The translations under genes were made by a program, and so were the position numbers. A stretch of 64,000 bases of DNA from a virus, in the IMG/VR virus record IMGVR_UViG_3300002461_000777, positions 3,256 to 67,255 of that record, one strand, 5' to 3'. The notes under the pieces were generated by a model. It searched no databases. It had not been told where the DNA came from and was given only the letters and a program-made list of their open reading frames with translations. Below are positions 1-9,821 of this stretch, in pieces; the stretch's first letter is position 1; each line of letters opens with the position of its first letter.

Positions 1-163
1 CTCCATCGTTAACATCACCATTGATGATCGCAACGAGACTACTCCAGAGTTTGGTGTTAGTACTTTTATAACCACGCCAAGTACACATACCAAAATGTTT
101 ATAAGCTTTGCCACAGGGACACAAATTGTTCTTGGCCGCTTCGAACTCTTGTGAGTAAACCAT
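1..163 (-). CDS. hypothetical protein, runs off window edge
   Basis: ATG at 163 reads MVYSQEFEAAKNNLCPCGK... open to position 1. Confidence 0.5.
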   Translation of the reverse strand, partial: MVYSQEFEAAKNNLCPCGKAYKHFGMCTWRGYKSTNTKLWSSLVAIINGDVNDG

Positions 164-193
164 AATATCTCCTCTATTCAGTCTTCAAACTTT

Positions 194-397
194 TTATTTT
201 CTAATCCCACAGAAATGGTGTTTTCTCATTTGACCTTTATCTATGTGATAGATCCAACCATCTGAGGCTGGAATATAATTTTCATTAATTTCGGCGACTC
301 TTTCTTTGGTGGGTGCACCTTTATGAATCGCGGCATCAGGAATGAATCCCTGAAATCTGCCACCCACCATCATAACACGGACATCGATCTTAGACAT
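194..397 (-). CDS. hypothetical protein
   Basis: 67-aa ORF, co-directional with closely spaced neighbours. Confidence 0.6.
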   Translation of the reverse strand: MSKIDVRVMMVGGRFQGFIPDAAIHKGAPTKERVAEINENYIPASDGWIYHIDKGQMRKHHFCGIRK

Positions 398-404
398 CTT
401 GGAT

Positions 405-806
405 TTATTCCTGTGGGACTTTCTTGATTTTTAGCTTCTTGATCTCGATCTCTTTGATTTCACCACCAGCACCCCAAGCCCAAAATCCTTTCGTCTTGAC
501 AGCTTCATTGATCACATCATCCAATTTACCCTCCAATGTGGCTAATAGAGGTGTATGATGTGCTCCACCCAAATCACAATTCGGGTCTTCACCATAAATG
601 CTCCAGATAGCGTATTTTTGAAGATCATACTTCTTCAGGAGTTTATCTCCATTGTAAGTCGTAAGATATCTTTCTCTGTCCGAGATGGGTTTTTTGGGTC
701 GATTCTCCTCACGGTGTCTTTCGATAATCTCTTGTTCTTCTGGTGTTAATTCTGAGAGGTTCATATTAATACGTACCTGTAGCATTAACGATACCTTCGA
801 TGCCAA
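405..806 (-). CDS. hypothetical protein
   Basis: 133-aa ORF; true start may be internal (MNLSELT). Confidence 0.6.
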   Translation of the reverse strand: MASKVSLMLQVRINMNLSELTPEEQEIIERHREENRPKKPISDRERYLTTYNGDKLLKKYDLQKYAIWSIYGEDPNCDLGGAHHTPLLATLEGKLDDVINEAVKTKGFWAWGAGGEIKEIEIKKLKIKKVPQE

Positions 807-1047
807 GATGAGCTAACAAGATCCGTCGCATAACTTCTGCTTTATGTTCACGGCTTATGACATTCCCATCGGCTTGGTTATCTGCCATCCACCAAAGGTT
901 GAGAATTTGATCCACAGCGATTGAAATATTCGCCTTTATTGCGCTGGCAATCTCTTCGTCCGTAAGCAAAGTTGCTTCTGATTTAGTTGGTTGATTTTTC
1001 ATGTTTGTATCCTTATGCGACTTGATTTTCGATAATCTTGTTGGCAA
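766..1047 (-). CDS. hypothetical protein
   Basis: ORF in minus-strand run; likely start at MKNQPTK. Confidence 0.5.
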   Translation of the reverse strand: MPTRLSKIKSHKDTNMKNQPTKSEATLLTDEEIASAIKANISIAVDQILNLWWMADNQADGNVISREHKAEVMRRILLAHLGIEGIVNATGTY

Positions 1048-2386
1048 CTACTCGGAAAATGACAGTCTGTTTGATTTCCTTGTAGTCTTTGTGGCCCTTG
1101 ACGGTGAACGTGGCATCAACTGTCATACCCTCACCGACATTAGTGTTGGTTGCCTTATCCACGAAATATGAACTGGTGGTCCACTTGAAGGAATTACCTT
1201 CGGCATCAATGAAAATGACAATATTGGCGCTACCGAATTCATTCTCGATCGAAAAGATCTTCTTGACTGTCAGAACGCGGGTGTAGCGAATTTTCTCTTC
1301 ACCGAAATATTCGGACACCTTCTTGACTTCCTGAGTGCTCTCTTTGGCCTCACGCTTTTCATCGGTGTTATTTGGACGATTGATGAAAGAACCCATACCA
1401 GCGACGATCAGCCCAATCTGCCTTGAATTGCATTGCTGCTGGCTCAGAGCCAACTTCAAATTCCATGCAAAATCGGTATTAGTGGTGAGGGTATTGGTGG
1501 CCCAATCGATGCACTTGTCGGCCTTTTCGATATCTTCGGGCTGGTTCTGCCGTCCGTATGCGTCATCAAAATAACGATCTTTGGTGTACAGACCCTTGAA
1601 GACCGTCGATTTTGTAGAACTGTCAAATTGAGCAGACTTGTATGTTCCGTCTACCCGGATGATTCGTGCGGCCAATGCCAAGACATCCTTAACTGAATAA
1701 TACCGGGGTCCTGATCCACCGAAGAAGCTCTCTTCGTCTTCCTCTTCGATGCCGTTCATGATGTCGTAAAGATTCTCAGCGATGGCAGCGATCTTCTTGG
1801 GATCAGTATGACCAGTGAAATCCTTCATGCATGACTTGCCAACTTGGAATAGACGACCATCTTCATGTTCGACCACGTAGGTATCTTTACGTTGACGTGA
1901 TGCCTGACAATGATCGCATGTCGGTTTGGTATATCGCATTTCAAGCGGCATATTCTCAGAACCAGTGCCGGGGATGCGCCGAATGATGTTGCCGCTTTCG
2001 ATATGTTCGAGGACGGCCAACAGCCTCCAACCATTCAATTTGGGGCTTTCACCTTTGACGGTGAAATGAACATTTCGGCGAATGGTAATATCCCAAGTGC
2101 TAACTGACGATTCCCTTGGGTACTGGATCTTGAACTGATCGAGAATGTTCTCTTCAGTCAGTTCCATGGATTCGGGGAGAACGATTGAGCATCTCTTTTT
2201 ATCGGCAATCCTAGTGACCCAACAAATGAAAGATTCGCCGACTTCATTGATTTCAATGCTTCCGTTACCCAACTTTGCACAACGGCGATTGAGCTTGTCG
2301 ATGTTCTTTTTCAGGAATTCGACGTTGTTTTCTGGGACCTTGTAGATTTGGGGATCGGTGCTTTGAATCATTTCTGTCGTGCTCAT
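1013..2386 (-). CDS. conserved phage protein with CxxC/Cys motifs and C-terminal OB-fold-like region
   Basis: 457 aa; CDHC...RKDTY...QVGKSC.KDF motif; TAAAAT box 6 nt before ATG. Confidence 0.7.
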   Translation of the reverse strand: MSTTEMIQSTDPQIYKVPENNVEFLKKNIDKLNRRCAKLGNGSIEINEVGESFICWVTRIADKKRCSIVLPESMELTEENILDQFKIQYPRESSVSTWDITIRRNVHFTVKGESPKLNGWRLLAVLEHIESGNIIRRIPGTGSENMPLEMRYTKPTCDHCQASRQRKDTYVVEHEDGRLFQVGKSCMKDFTGHTDPKKIAAIAENLYDIMNGIEEEDEESFFGGSGPRYYSVKDVLALAARIIRVDGTYKSAQFDSSTKSTVFKGLYTKDRYFDDAYGRQNQPEDIEKADKCIDWATNTLTTNTDFAWNLKLALSQQQCNSRQIGLIVAGMGSFINRPNNTDEKREAKESTQEVKKVSEYFGEEKIRYTRVLTVKKIFSIENEFGSANIVIFIDAEGNSFKWTTSSYFVDKATNTNVGEGMTVDATFTVKGHKDYKEIKQTVIFRVVANKIIENQVA

Positions 2387-2431
2387 AAAACCATTTTAAC
2401 ACGAATGATGGAATTTTACAATGGATTATTT

Positions 2432-2587
2432 CTAGATTCCATTTAAACGTTTTTCTAAAGTAATTTGTTTGTCTATGATTCTCACTAACTGATTACCCAA
2501 CACTTGAGCAGAGAAAAGGAACGCGATGACCATAGTTATCAATGATGCCAACACGCATGGTGCTATATCTGTTAAAAATTGGATCAT
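2432..2587 (-). CDS. small membrane protein (51 aa, not in ORF track)
   Basis: MIQFLTDIAPCVLASLITMVIAFLFSAQ...; abuts upstream gene stop. Confidence 0.55.
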   Translation of the reverse strand: MIQFLTDIAPCVLASLITMVIAFLFSAQVLGNQLVRIIDKQITLEKRLNGI

Positions 2588-2590
2588 GTT

Positions 2591-3385
2591 CTATGTTTTT
2601 GATGCTAAAATGATCGTTTCTCTAACCTCAGTCAAAGTCTCTCCCAACCAATTAAGGCCATTCCAAGTAGCCCTATCATAAGCTTCCGGGTCATCTTCAC
2701 TCAATCCAATCCCCCAGATTTCGTCGAGAGGAGATGCTTCGACCAAAGTGGTGCCAGCTGTGTCTAGAATAATCTGCTTCAAATCAGAATTCTGCGTGAA
2801 CTTAGCCATATTAGCGGTAAAGACAAATATTTTGGCCACCGATTCCCACATTCTCTTATCAAAGTTCTCTACTCTTCTCCCCAACTTTTTGACTTCACGT
2901 GGGTCATTCATTTGATCGGCTTCAAAGATTTCACTAGCTAATTTACCACCGCTGAATAATTGATCTTTACACCACATCATATAGGTTTCAGCGTAATTGA
3001 ATTTTAACCCATGAAGCACAAATGGGGCATTGTACCATTGACTAAATGGCCCATTCCAAAACATTGTGAATTTTTCGTTACTAATCTTATTTTCCATTTT
3101 CTTATCCTTGAATTTATCTCTCATTGTGAATACAAGACCTGTCGGCCTTGCCATTGGTTGAACACCACATAAATTCCAATCATCCATGTGTGGGATCAAT
3201 CTTTTACTTAAATCCCTATGGAATTCTATCCCGATTTTCTTAGCTAACGCGGGAAAATAATGACATAACCGTCTTACATCAAAGTTATCATTTTCAATTC
3301 CGGAGACAATAATATGACGAAAATTTTTCTCATTATCAAGGGCCTCTCCCAACATCCCCATAAAATCGAGATTCATGTTTTCCAT
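2591..3385 (-). CDS. NADAR (YbiA-like) domain protein with N-terminal gp23-like fragment
   Basis: FWNGPFSQW, AETYMM, P.EVKKLGR.V..FD..MW, LVEASP.D.IWGIG, NWLG..L..VR are NADAR motifs; N-terminal LCGVQPMARPTGLVFTMR resembles gp23. Confidence 0.85.
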   Translation of the reverse strand: MENMNLDFMGMLGEALDNEKNFRHIIVSGIENDNFDVRRLCHYFPALAKKIGIEFHRDLSKRLIPHMDDWNLCGVQPMARPTGLVFTMRDKFKDKKMENKISNEKFTMFWNGPFSQWYNAPFVLHGLKFNYAETYMMWCKDQLFSGGKLASEIFEADQMNDPREVKKLGRRVENFDKRMWESVAKIFVFTANMAKFTQNSDLKQIILDTAGTTLVEASPLDEIWGIGLSEDDPEAYDRATWNGLNWLGETLTEVRETIILASKT

Positions 3386-3391
3386 TAGTGA

Positions 3392-3880
3392 TTACTCAAC
3401 ACATCCATAATTAGAAAAATTAGGACCTGTTAATAAAATTTCTGATATCAATATATCATTTTCGAGTAATTTGTATCGATGGTTTCGTCGTTCTGTTGTC
3501 GTTCTGATAAGAGTGTATTGACCAGATCTCTCCATTTCGACATCAGACACGAGATCAGCCTCAAAAATCATTTCGGCGAAGCAAAATTCGAATCGCGACC
3601 AAAAATTTCGGAAAACTTCTTGACCAGTATCTGATATGTATAATAGGAAATCATCAAAAGTAGCTGGCCCTACATTTTTATAAACCGATATTTTGTTATC
3701 TTTGATTGATCTTTGCCAAGAGTAAGGAATAAATCTACCTTTATCACTCATTATTCCACATACTTTTGTCGGTTTGTGTGGAATAATAGGCTTGTTGGGG
3801 AAAGTCAATTCTCTCCCCAACGCTGTACTAGCTCCAGTCGCTGCCAAAGTCGTTAGCAATTCTCTCCTATTCACTTGCAT
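3392..3880 (-). CDS. hypothetical protein with twin-arginine (Tat)-like signal
   Basis: N-terminus VNRRELLTTLAATGASTALG. Confidence 0.6.
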   Translation of the reverse strand: MQVNRRELLTTLAATGASTALGRELTFPNKPIIPHKPTKVCGIMSDKGRFIPYSWQRSIKDNKISVYKNVGPATFDDFLLYISDTGQEVFRNFWSRFEFCFAEMIFEADLVSDVEMERSGQYTLIRTTTERRNHRYKLLENDILISEILLTGPNFSNYGCVE

Positions 3881-4100
3881 CTACCTCTCTGAGTTCAATT
3901 TGTTGCATTTTTACTCTGCCATCATTGTAGCGATTATATGCAAAAACTGCATCTGGTTTGGTAGGGGTACTAACAGAGATGCGATGTTTAGCGCATCTCT
4001 GTTTTACAACATGTATTTCGGTACCACAAAAAGCAACAACAATATCCGCATTGATGAAGGGTTTCATCGTTTTGGCACAATTAAGCAAGACATTATACAT
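3867..4100 (-). CDS. hypothetical protein
   Basis: 77-aa ORF overlapping downstream gene start. Confidence 0.55.
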   Translation of the reverse strand: MYNVLLNCAKTMKPFINADIVVAFCGTEIHVVKQRCAKHRISVSTPTKPDAVFAYNRYNDGRVKMQQIELREVDASE

Positions 4101-4106
4101 TGTGGT

Positions 4107-5405
4107 TTATACCTTTTTGATGTCCTGTGAAGCTCTTTTCGTGTTGACTGACCATCTGCTACCGCTTCTGTAATCTGGGATCTTGATATCTAATTGATCA
4201 GCCAAATCTAGCATAATTCTTCTGACTGTGGGATGCACAGTATGACCAGTCCTTAAATGTACAATGTATTCGAAATCATCATATGTACCTTGAAGATGGT
4301 ATGGCACTGTTACACCCATAGGCAATGCAAGAGGGTCAAAAAGGTCATCCATAATCTCATAGATATTACCAAGCAAAGTTGTACTCATATTGGACAAATG
4401 TTCTTGATAGAATACATGTAAATCTGTGTTGTAGTCGAAAGGAAAAGACTGTTTAATTGAACGATGTCTCGCCAAATCTCGCCAACCAGCAAAATCTAAC
4501 TCACCAGAGGTTCTCACGACCGACCATGGGTGAACTTCCCCATTATGATATTCACAATTGAATCTTGTCTGATTGAATTGATCAAATTCGACAATCAGTT
4601 TGCGATCATCTTTATATTCAGCTTGTGAATTGGGGAATTCTGTGTTGACTAGATCATTCAATTTCGCAACAATTTCATCTAAACCTAATATTCCTTGACT
4701 GTTAAAGGAAATGAAATCACCATGTTTGCGATAATATGATTCTCCTGTCCGATAATATGATTCTCCTGTCCTGCTTTCCAAATATTCGTTCACCGCTTTC
4801 AATCGAGCCATATGCTGATGGAAATTTCTAATAGAAGTGGTCCAACTCAAATTAGTATGTGTACCAATAGGCAAAATGCCACGAAGAATATCGAAGGCTG
4901 CAGCTTTGGCCGTTTTATTCTCTGTTGGGTTTGACATATCAAGATCATGTAATTCAGCAGCATATTCGTGAGCAACTGTGAGATTGTCATTATACAACTG
5001 ACGTAATTGTTGAGCGTGCTTGAGATCTGCTGGATTCACAGTCATTCCCTGTGTACTGAAATCCAAATATCTCGTCGAACATTCCTGACCATTGTACAAT
5101 TGAGTATGCTGGATCAACTTGGCAATCACCATTGGAACATTTTCGATGGCAAGAGTGATCATCCCACAATCAGCAATTGATTGATGCCCATAACCAACAT
5201 AGAACTTCTTCATGAATTCACCGGACTGGCTGGTGCGGGCAAGCTTCACTGCGTCATCGATTGGTCTCGGGTCACGGCTATAAAGAGCTTGAATCATGGC
5301 ATAATCTTCAGCACTCGCCGCATCTTCTGGTGGTAAAAGTAAAAGGACGCGGCTGGTGTCACCATCATACATTGGTGTGTCATTTGTTTTGATACGGATA
5401 TTCAT
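4107..5405 (-). CDS. thyX: flavin-dependent thymidylate synthase, tandem two-domain ThyX type
   Basis: GYGHQSIAD, QECSTRY, RGILP..T.TN and WRDLARHRS motifs; 432 aa. Confidence 0.8.
   Translation of the reverse strand: MNIRIKTNDTPMYDGDTSRVLLLLPPEDAASAEDYAMIQALYSRDPRPIDDAVKLARTSQSGEFMKKFYVGYGHQSIADCGMITLAIENVPMVIAKLIQHTQLYNGQECSTRYLDFSTQGMTVNPADLKHAQQLRQLYNDNLTVAHEYAAELHDLDMSNPTENKTAKAAAFDILRGILPIGTHTNLSWTTSIRNFHQHMARLKAVNEYLESRTGESYYRTGESYYRKHGDFISFNSQGILGLDEIVAKLNDLVNTEFPNSQAEYKDDRKLIVEFDQFNQTRFNCEYHNGEVHPWSVVRTSGELDFAGWRDLARHRSIKQSFPFDYNTDLHVFYQEHLSNMSTTLLGNIYEIMDDLFDPLALPMGVTVPYHLQGTYDDFEYIVHLRTGHTVHPTVRRIMLDLADQLDIKIPDYRSGSRWSVNTKRASQDIKKV
4729..4771. repeat. 21-bp in-frame tandem duplication inside thyX
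   Basis: CGATAATATGATTCTCCTGTC twice; encodes RTGESYY-RTGESYY. Confidence 0.9.
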
Positions 5406-5441
5406 GTTAATTTAATTATCTCATGCTTTCGGATTATTTGA

Positions 5442-5732
5442 CTAGTATTCTAGAGAGAATGCGAAATGCCTTATAAAGCCGCATTCTCTGATTGTCTTGA
5501 TTGGGGCTTTATTTTCTATCAATTCAAGGGCAAATGCTTGTAAATCGGTATTTACTCTGAATATGAGAGAATCACCATTCAAGCCACTCTCTATACCGAT
5601 GACCATACCACAAAGATTCTCATCTAAAGGTTCCACACTACTGTTGGTGTAGAGCATTTTCCCGATTACGATACTCGGATCAAAGGTCACATCATCAAAC
5701 TGGAATTTGTAAATCATTATAGCCTCGCCCAT
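5442..5732 (-). CDS. hypothetical protein
   Basis: 96-aa ORF downstream of primase. Confidence 0.55.
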   Translation of the reverse strand: MGEAIMIYKFQFDDVTFDPSIVIGKMLYTNSSVEPLDENLCGMVIGIESGLNGDSLIFRVNTDLQAFALELIENKAPIKTIRECGFIRHFAFSLEY

Positions 5733-6742
5733 GAATCAAGAACCATTTGTGCGCGTAGACCTGTGTGAGTGTTCTCTGTTATGATCTGCTTAATATCTTC
5801 TGGTGTCATATTCTCTTTCAAAATCATATCGTTAACATCTTTCTGTTTGATATAAGGTGGCCAAACACAAATTTCTTGCATTGATTCTATTTTCCTTTTC
5901 ATTCTGTTGATGATGCCGGGATTTCTTGGTTCATTATCATAAATGAAAACGGTATCCAAAGAATCCAAGATCTCTCTCTCAGCAGGTCCACCTGCATCAG
6001 CCCCACCCATCGCCAAAGAATTTTCTATAAACATGGCATCAAAAGGTCCTTCGAATACAAAGACCTTTCTTTCTTGGTTGATCTCTTCCAAACCGAATAT
6101 TTTAGGATCATCGTCGTTATATCTAGCTGTCATGTATCTCAAGGTGCATTCATTATCTAAGGATCGACCTTGGATCATCATAATTTGGTTATTAGCTTTG
6201 CGAAATGGTATGACTAACCTTGGATCATTTGGGTAACTGATGTTGTCTTTAACTCCAAATACTTCTTTCACAGAGTCTCCAAAGTTCTCTGTGAAATATA
6301 ACTTCTTTGCCCATTTGATCGGCAATCTTCTCTTCTTAATATAACTCAAAGCTATGTGGGGTAATTTAAGTTTAATTATTGGTGTGAAATTACGGCTAAA
6401 AAGATCGTCGATCGGTTTAATGATCTTTTTGATTATTTGTGGTTGATATGGTGCTGAATCTTGTCGTGATTCGACCATTTTGGTGATTTGATATTCTTTG
6501 GCTAGGTTGCCATCCACTTCTCTGATGAAATTGTAAAAATTTCTGCCTTCACCACAGTTAAGACATTTGTAACGAAATTCATCATTTCTTCTGATTAATG
6601 CCCCACGAGCTTTTTTGCGGTTGTCGACAGAATCACCACATATGGGGCAACTGAACTCGAATTTATAAGAGGGTTTCTCTTTGAAATTACGGACATAACC
6701 TCGGATTTTATCAATGTATTGAAGATCGAGAAGAAGACTCAC
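5717..6742 (-). CDS. 61: DNA primase (T4 gp61-like)
   Basis: CPICGDS zinc finger, FRYKCLNC, VFEGPFDAMF TOPRIM, YDNEPRN, KDVNDMIL. Confidence 0.95.
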   Translation of the reverse strand: MSLLLDLQYIDKIRGYVRNFKEKPSYKFEFSCPICGDSVDNRKKARGALIRRNDEFRYKCLNCGEGRNFYNFIREVDGNLAKEYQITKMVESRQDSAPYQPQIIKKIIKPIDDLFSRNFTPIIKLKLPHIALSYIKKRRLPIKWAKKLYFTENFGDSVKEVFGVKDNISYPNDPRLVIPFRKANNQIMMIQGRSLDNECTLRYMTARYNDDDPKIFGLEEINQERKVFVFEGPFDAMFIENSLAMGGADAGGPAEREILDSLDTVFIYDNEPRNPGIINRMKRKIESMQEICVWPPYIKQKDVNDMILKENMTPEDIKQIITENTHTGLRAQMVLDSWARL

Positions 6743-6764
6743 CTCTACATTATATCATAATCAC

Positions 6765-7205
6765 TTAGAGTGTTAAAGGAGCAAAATCGTCTGTCGTTAT
6801 ATTAATCTTTTTGATAATAATATTTTCGCCAAAAATGGCGGCTTTAACATATTGTCCAGTGTGTGTATTCTTGATGATGAATTCTTCATCTTGATTTAAT
6901 CGAATGAATTCATGTATTTTACCACCGGGAATGTCGGAAATTGCACAAGATTTCTCTGGGAATTCAAAATCCCCAACATCGACCACACTCATTTTTGCTA
7001 ATTTCTGATATGTCGATTTTATCCCTCTAGCCAAAATGTCAGTCATATCGTCTACATCAGAATCAGGGGAATCCATATCAACAGCTGCACCAGAAGAATC
7101 TACTGCTCCACCCGGCGCAATCCCTACACCAGCGATATACCCGGTTCCGATAGCATTAGCGGGTGCCGATTCTTTTAAAGATTTCAGAAATTGTACAAAA
7201 CTCAT
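6765..7205 (-). CDS. putative capsid-targeted internal protein
   Basis: N-terminus MSFVQFLKSLKE-S; TAAATA at 7212-7217 upstream. Confidence 0.65.
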   Translation of the reverse strand: MSFVQFLKSLKESAPANAIGTGYIAGVGIAPGGAVDSSGAAVDMDSPDSDVDDMTDILARGIKSTYQKLAKMSVVDVGDFEFPEKSCAISDIPGGKIHEFIRLNQDEEFIIKNTHTGQYVKAAIFGENIIIKKINITTDDFAPLTL

Positions 7206-7225
7206 TGAAGGTATTTAATAGAAAC

Positions 7226-7372
7226 ATGAAAATAGAACAAATATTGCCATACACACAAATGGTCATCGCTTTTGGTGCTGGTATAGTGTACTTATGTGTG
7301 GGTAATTATCGTATGGGGTTGTATTGGATATTTGCTGGCGCACTCACAGCCACTATTATCGTTGGGAGATGA
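7226..7372 (+). CDS. small membrane protein
   Basis: MKIEQILPY... with two hydrophobic segments. Confidence 0.55.
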   Translation: MKIEQILPYTQMVIAFGAGIVYLCVGNYRMGLYWIFAGALTATIIVGR

Positions 7373-7432
7373 GATTTGTGGATTACATCTATGATTCCAA
7401 AACATTACAATCATAGATGTCAGAATACATAG

Positions 7433-8410
7433 TTGTGGAGAAATAATATGGCAACATTTGGTGGAAGTAACACAATCAAGGACAGAAAAGATCAATCCAA
7501 TATCGAGAGTCAAATCGAAGAGAAATTGATTGGACAAAAAGATTTCCTTAAAGTGGCGGATTATATTCAGATGTTTGAAGCTGGATTAAGTCCAGAAGGT
7601 CAACCAGTTGGTTCTTTCCTCTTAACTGGTCCAACGGGGAGTGGTAAAACTAGAGCAGTGGAGGTTGTTGCAGAAGTATTACACATGTCCAATCGACACA
7701 TTCTGCGTGTTGATTGTGGCGAATACCAAATGGATCATGAAGTTGCTAAATTGGTTGGCGCACCTCCCGGTTATTTGGGTCACCGAGAAACGCAACCTCT
7801 TCTGTCCCAAGCACGTATCAATTCAGTAGCAAGTGAGCATTCCAATATCAGCGTCATTTTATTCGACGAAATTGATAAAGCAGCACCCAGTCTGATGAGA
7901 TTGCTACTAGGTGTGATGGACAGAGGCATACTCCGTTTGGGTGATAACAACATCGTGAATTTAGAGAGATGCATGATTTTCATGACGTCCAATTTCGGAT
8001 CATCCACATTGAGCATGACGAAAGTGGAGGGTGGAAAGAACATCAAGGCATATCTCTCTCCAGAGTTTTTCAATCGGTGTGATGAGACTATCAACTTTAA
8101 GGTCTTGGATAGTGATTCGATCAAAATGATTGCGTATTTGGAAGTATGCAAAATTCAAGATCATATGGACCGTAGGTTGGGTTCAAGATCCTGTGACTTA
8201 GTAATAGATGATAGTTTCTATAAATGGGTGATCCAAAACTATACTGATGCCGAATATGGCTTTAGGCCGATCAAACGATTCATCAGGAAGAAATTGATAC
8301 ATACTATATCGAAAATGTACATCGGAAACAAAATTTCGGAAGGTGATTGTATTAACATCACATTCGATAGCAAAACCAAGAAATTGGTGCTCTTCATTGA
8401 GTCGGATTAA
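7433..8410 (+). CDS. ClpA/ClpB-like AAA+ ATPase (single D2-type domain)
   Basis: Walker A GPTGSGKT, KLVGAPPGYLG pore loop, ILFDEIDKA, FMTSN, SPEFFNR, YGFRPIKR. Confidence 0.9.
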   Translation: MWRNNMATFGGSNTIKDRKDQSNIESQIEEKLIGQKDFLKVADYIQMFEAGLSPEGQPVGSFLLTGPTGSGKTRAVEVVAEVLHMSNRHILRVDCGEYQMDHEVAKLVGAPPGYLGHRETQPLLSQARINSVASEHSNISVILFDEIDKAAPSLMRLLLGVMDRGILRLGDNNIVNLERCMIFMTSNFGSSTLSMTKVEGGKNIKAYLSPEFFNRCDETINFKVLDSDSIKMIAYLEVCKIQDHMDRRLGSRSCDLVIDDSFYKWVIQNYTDAEYGFRPIKRFIRKKLIHTISKMYIGNKISEGDCINITFDSKTKKLVLFIESD

Positions 8411-8433
8411 ATAGATTGTAGAAAGGTGTTTGT

Positions 8434-8694
8434 ATGAATAGAAAAACGTTTTTGGCAAGTATCCTTGGAGCAACAGCTGCTTTTGCTCTTAATCCATCCG
8501 AAAAAGAAATGTCTTTATCAGAGAAGGAAACAATTTGGTTAGAAAACCAAGTCAGTATTCTTAGATCGAAGGAAACTCTACCCCAATTCCATGCCGGGTC
8601 AAGTTATCTACGATCTGAATATTTTGATAATCTCGGTTATTTGATCACTCGTAGCGTTTCTGGTATCACTGTTAAGCTTCTTCCCAATTCTTAA
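8434..8694 (+). CDS. small protein with Tat-like signal
   Basis: MNRKTFLASILGATAAFA. Confidence 0.55.
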   Translation: MNRKTFLASILGATAAFALNPSEKEMSLSEKETIWLENQVSILRSKETLPQFHAGSSYLRSEYFDNLGYLITRSVSGITVKLLPNS

Positions 8695-9443
8695 TGCTTT
8701 ATAACGCCGCATTCATTTCTGATATTCATTTATTCTTTCGTGGTAGTGATATCAAGAAATTGAATGATTTTCTTAAGAATAATACTTTTGATAAGATTTA
8801 TTTTGTCGGCGACACTTTTGATTTCTGGGCTTGCAAGAGCCGTGTGCACTGGGGTCCAGAGATCAATCGTTTTTTTAGAATTATTCTCAAGAAGATTAAC
8901 CACGGCACCAAAATCGTTCTGATCCGTGGGAATCATGACGACCACATCCATCATTATTTTGACATCGAATTCGACAATTTGACCATAGTTGATCACTGTA
9001 TCCATCAGAGGAAATGTGGGTCAGGTCATAAGGATTATTTGATTATTCATGGTGATCAATTCGATTTCGTCATCAAGAGATTTCTGTGGTTGGCTCAATT
9101 CGGTGCTATAGCGTATGATTTCTTGGTGGTCTTGAATGGCATTCTCTCTAAATTTAGAGATTTGATCGGCCTTCCGTATTGGTCACTATCTTCTTGGTTA
9201 AAGAAAAAGTCCAAGGAAGCCGTCTCTTTCATTGAAGACTTTGAATATGCTGCAGTTAATCTGGCAAAAGAACACGATTGTGATGGTGTGATTTGTGGTC
9301 ACGTCCATACACCCAAATTCGATCAACACATGATAGAGGGCCGACAGATTGAATACTGGAATTGTGGCGACTGGATTGAATCTTATACATTGATTGTGGA
9401 GAAATCGGATGGTCAACTAGAGTTACTCCATCTAAATAGGTAA
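8694..9443 (+). CDS. LpxH-like (UDP-2,3-diacylglucosamine hydrolase family) metallophosphoesterase
   Basis: SDIHL, GDTFD, GNHD, IHGDQFD, ICGHVH, NCGDW motifs. Confidence 0.9.
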   Translation: MLYNAAFISDIHLFFRGSDIKKLNDFLKNNTFDKIYFVGDTFDFWACKSRVHWGPEINRFFRIILKKINHGTKIVLIRGNHDDHIHHYFDIEFDNLTIVDHCIHQRKCGSGHKDYLIIHGDQFDFVIKRFLWLAQFGAIAYDFLVVLNGILSKFRDLIGLPYWSLSSWLKKKSKEAVSFIEDFEYAAVNLAKEHDCDGVICGHVHTPKFDQHMIEGRQIEYWNCGDWIESYTLIVEKSDGQLELLHLNR

Positions 9444-9445
9444 TT

Positions 9446-9808
9446 ATGAAATTTCTAAAAATCTGGAAAAACACGATTGGTATTGACGGACTGGTTTTCA
9501 AATTCGTCAAAGGATCACACAGAGATCAACACTTGAAGATTGACAAATTGTTGATGGGTGATGAAAAATTTGTTGGTGATTTGACCAAAGATGGCAAAAT
9601 GCTCTCTGAAGAATATGAATTCGATTTCTGCGAGATGATGGAAGAAATCGAATCAAATAAAGTGGAAGTCTTTATTAATGGAGACAATATCACTGAAGCT
9701 GCGATCGAATGTGCCTCTACTATTAATGCGGACATCTTTATGGAGGCCGAAGAAAGAGCAGAGAGAGAAGCCGAAGAAAATCAGTTCGACGAAGACGACG
9801 AATACTAA
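9446..9808 (+). CDS. hypothetical acidic protein
   Basis: 120-aa ORF in operon. Confidence 0.6.
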   Translation: MKFLKIWKNTIGIDGLVFKFVKGSHRDQHLKIDKLLMGDEKFVGDLTKDGKMLSEEYEFDFCEMMEEIESNKVEVFINGDNITEAAIECASTINADIFMEAEERAEREAEENQFDEDDEY

Positions 9809-9821
9809 AGGGATTTTTGTT

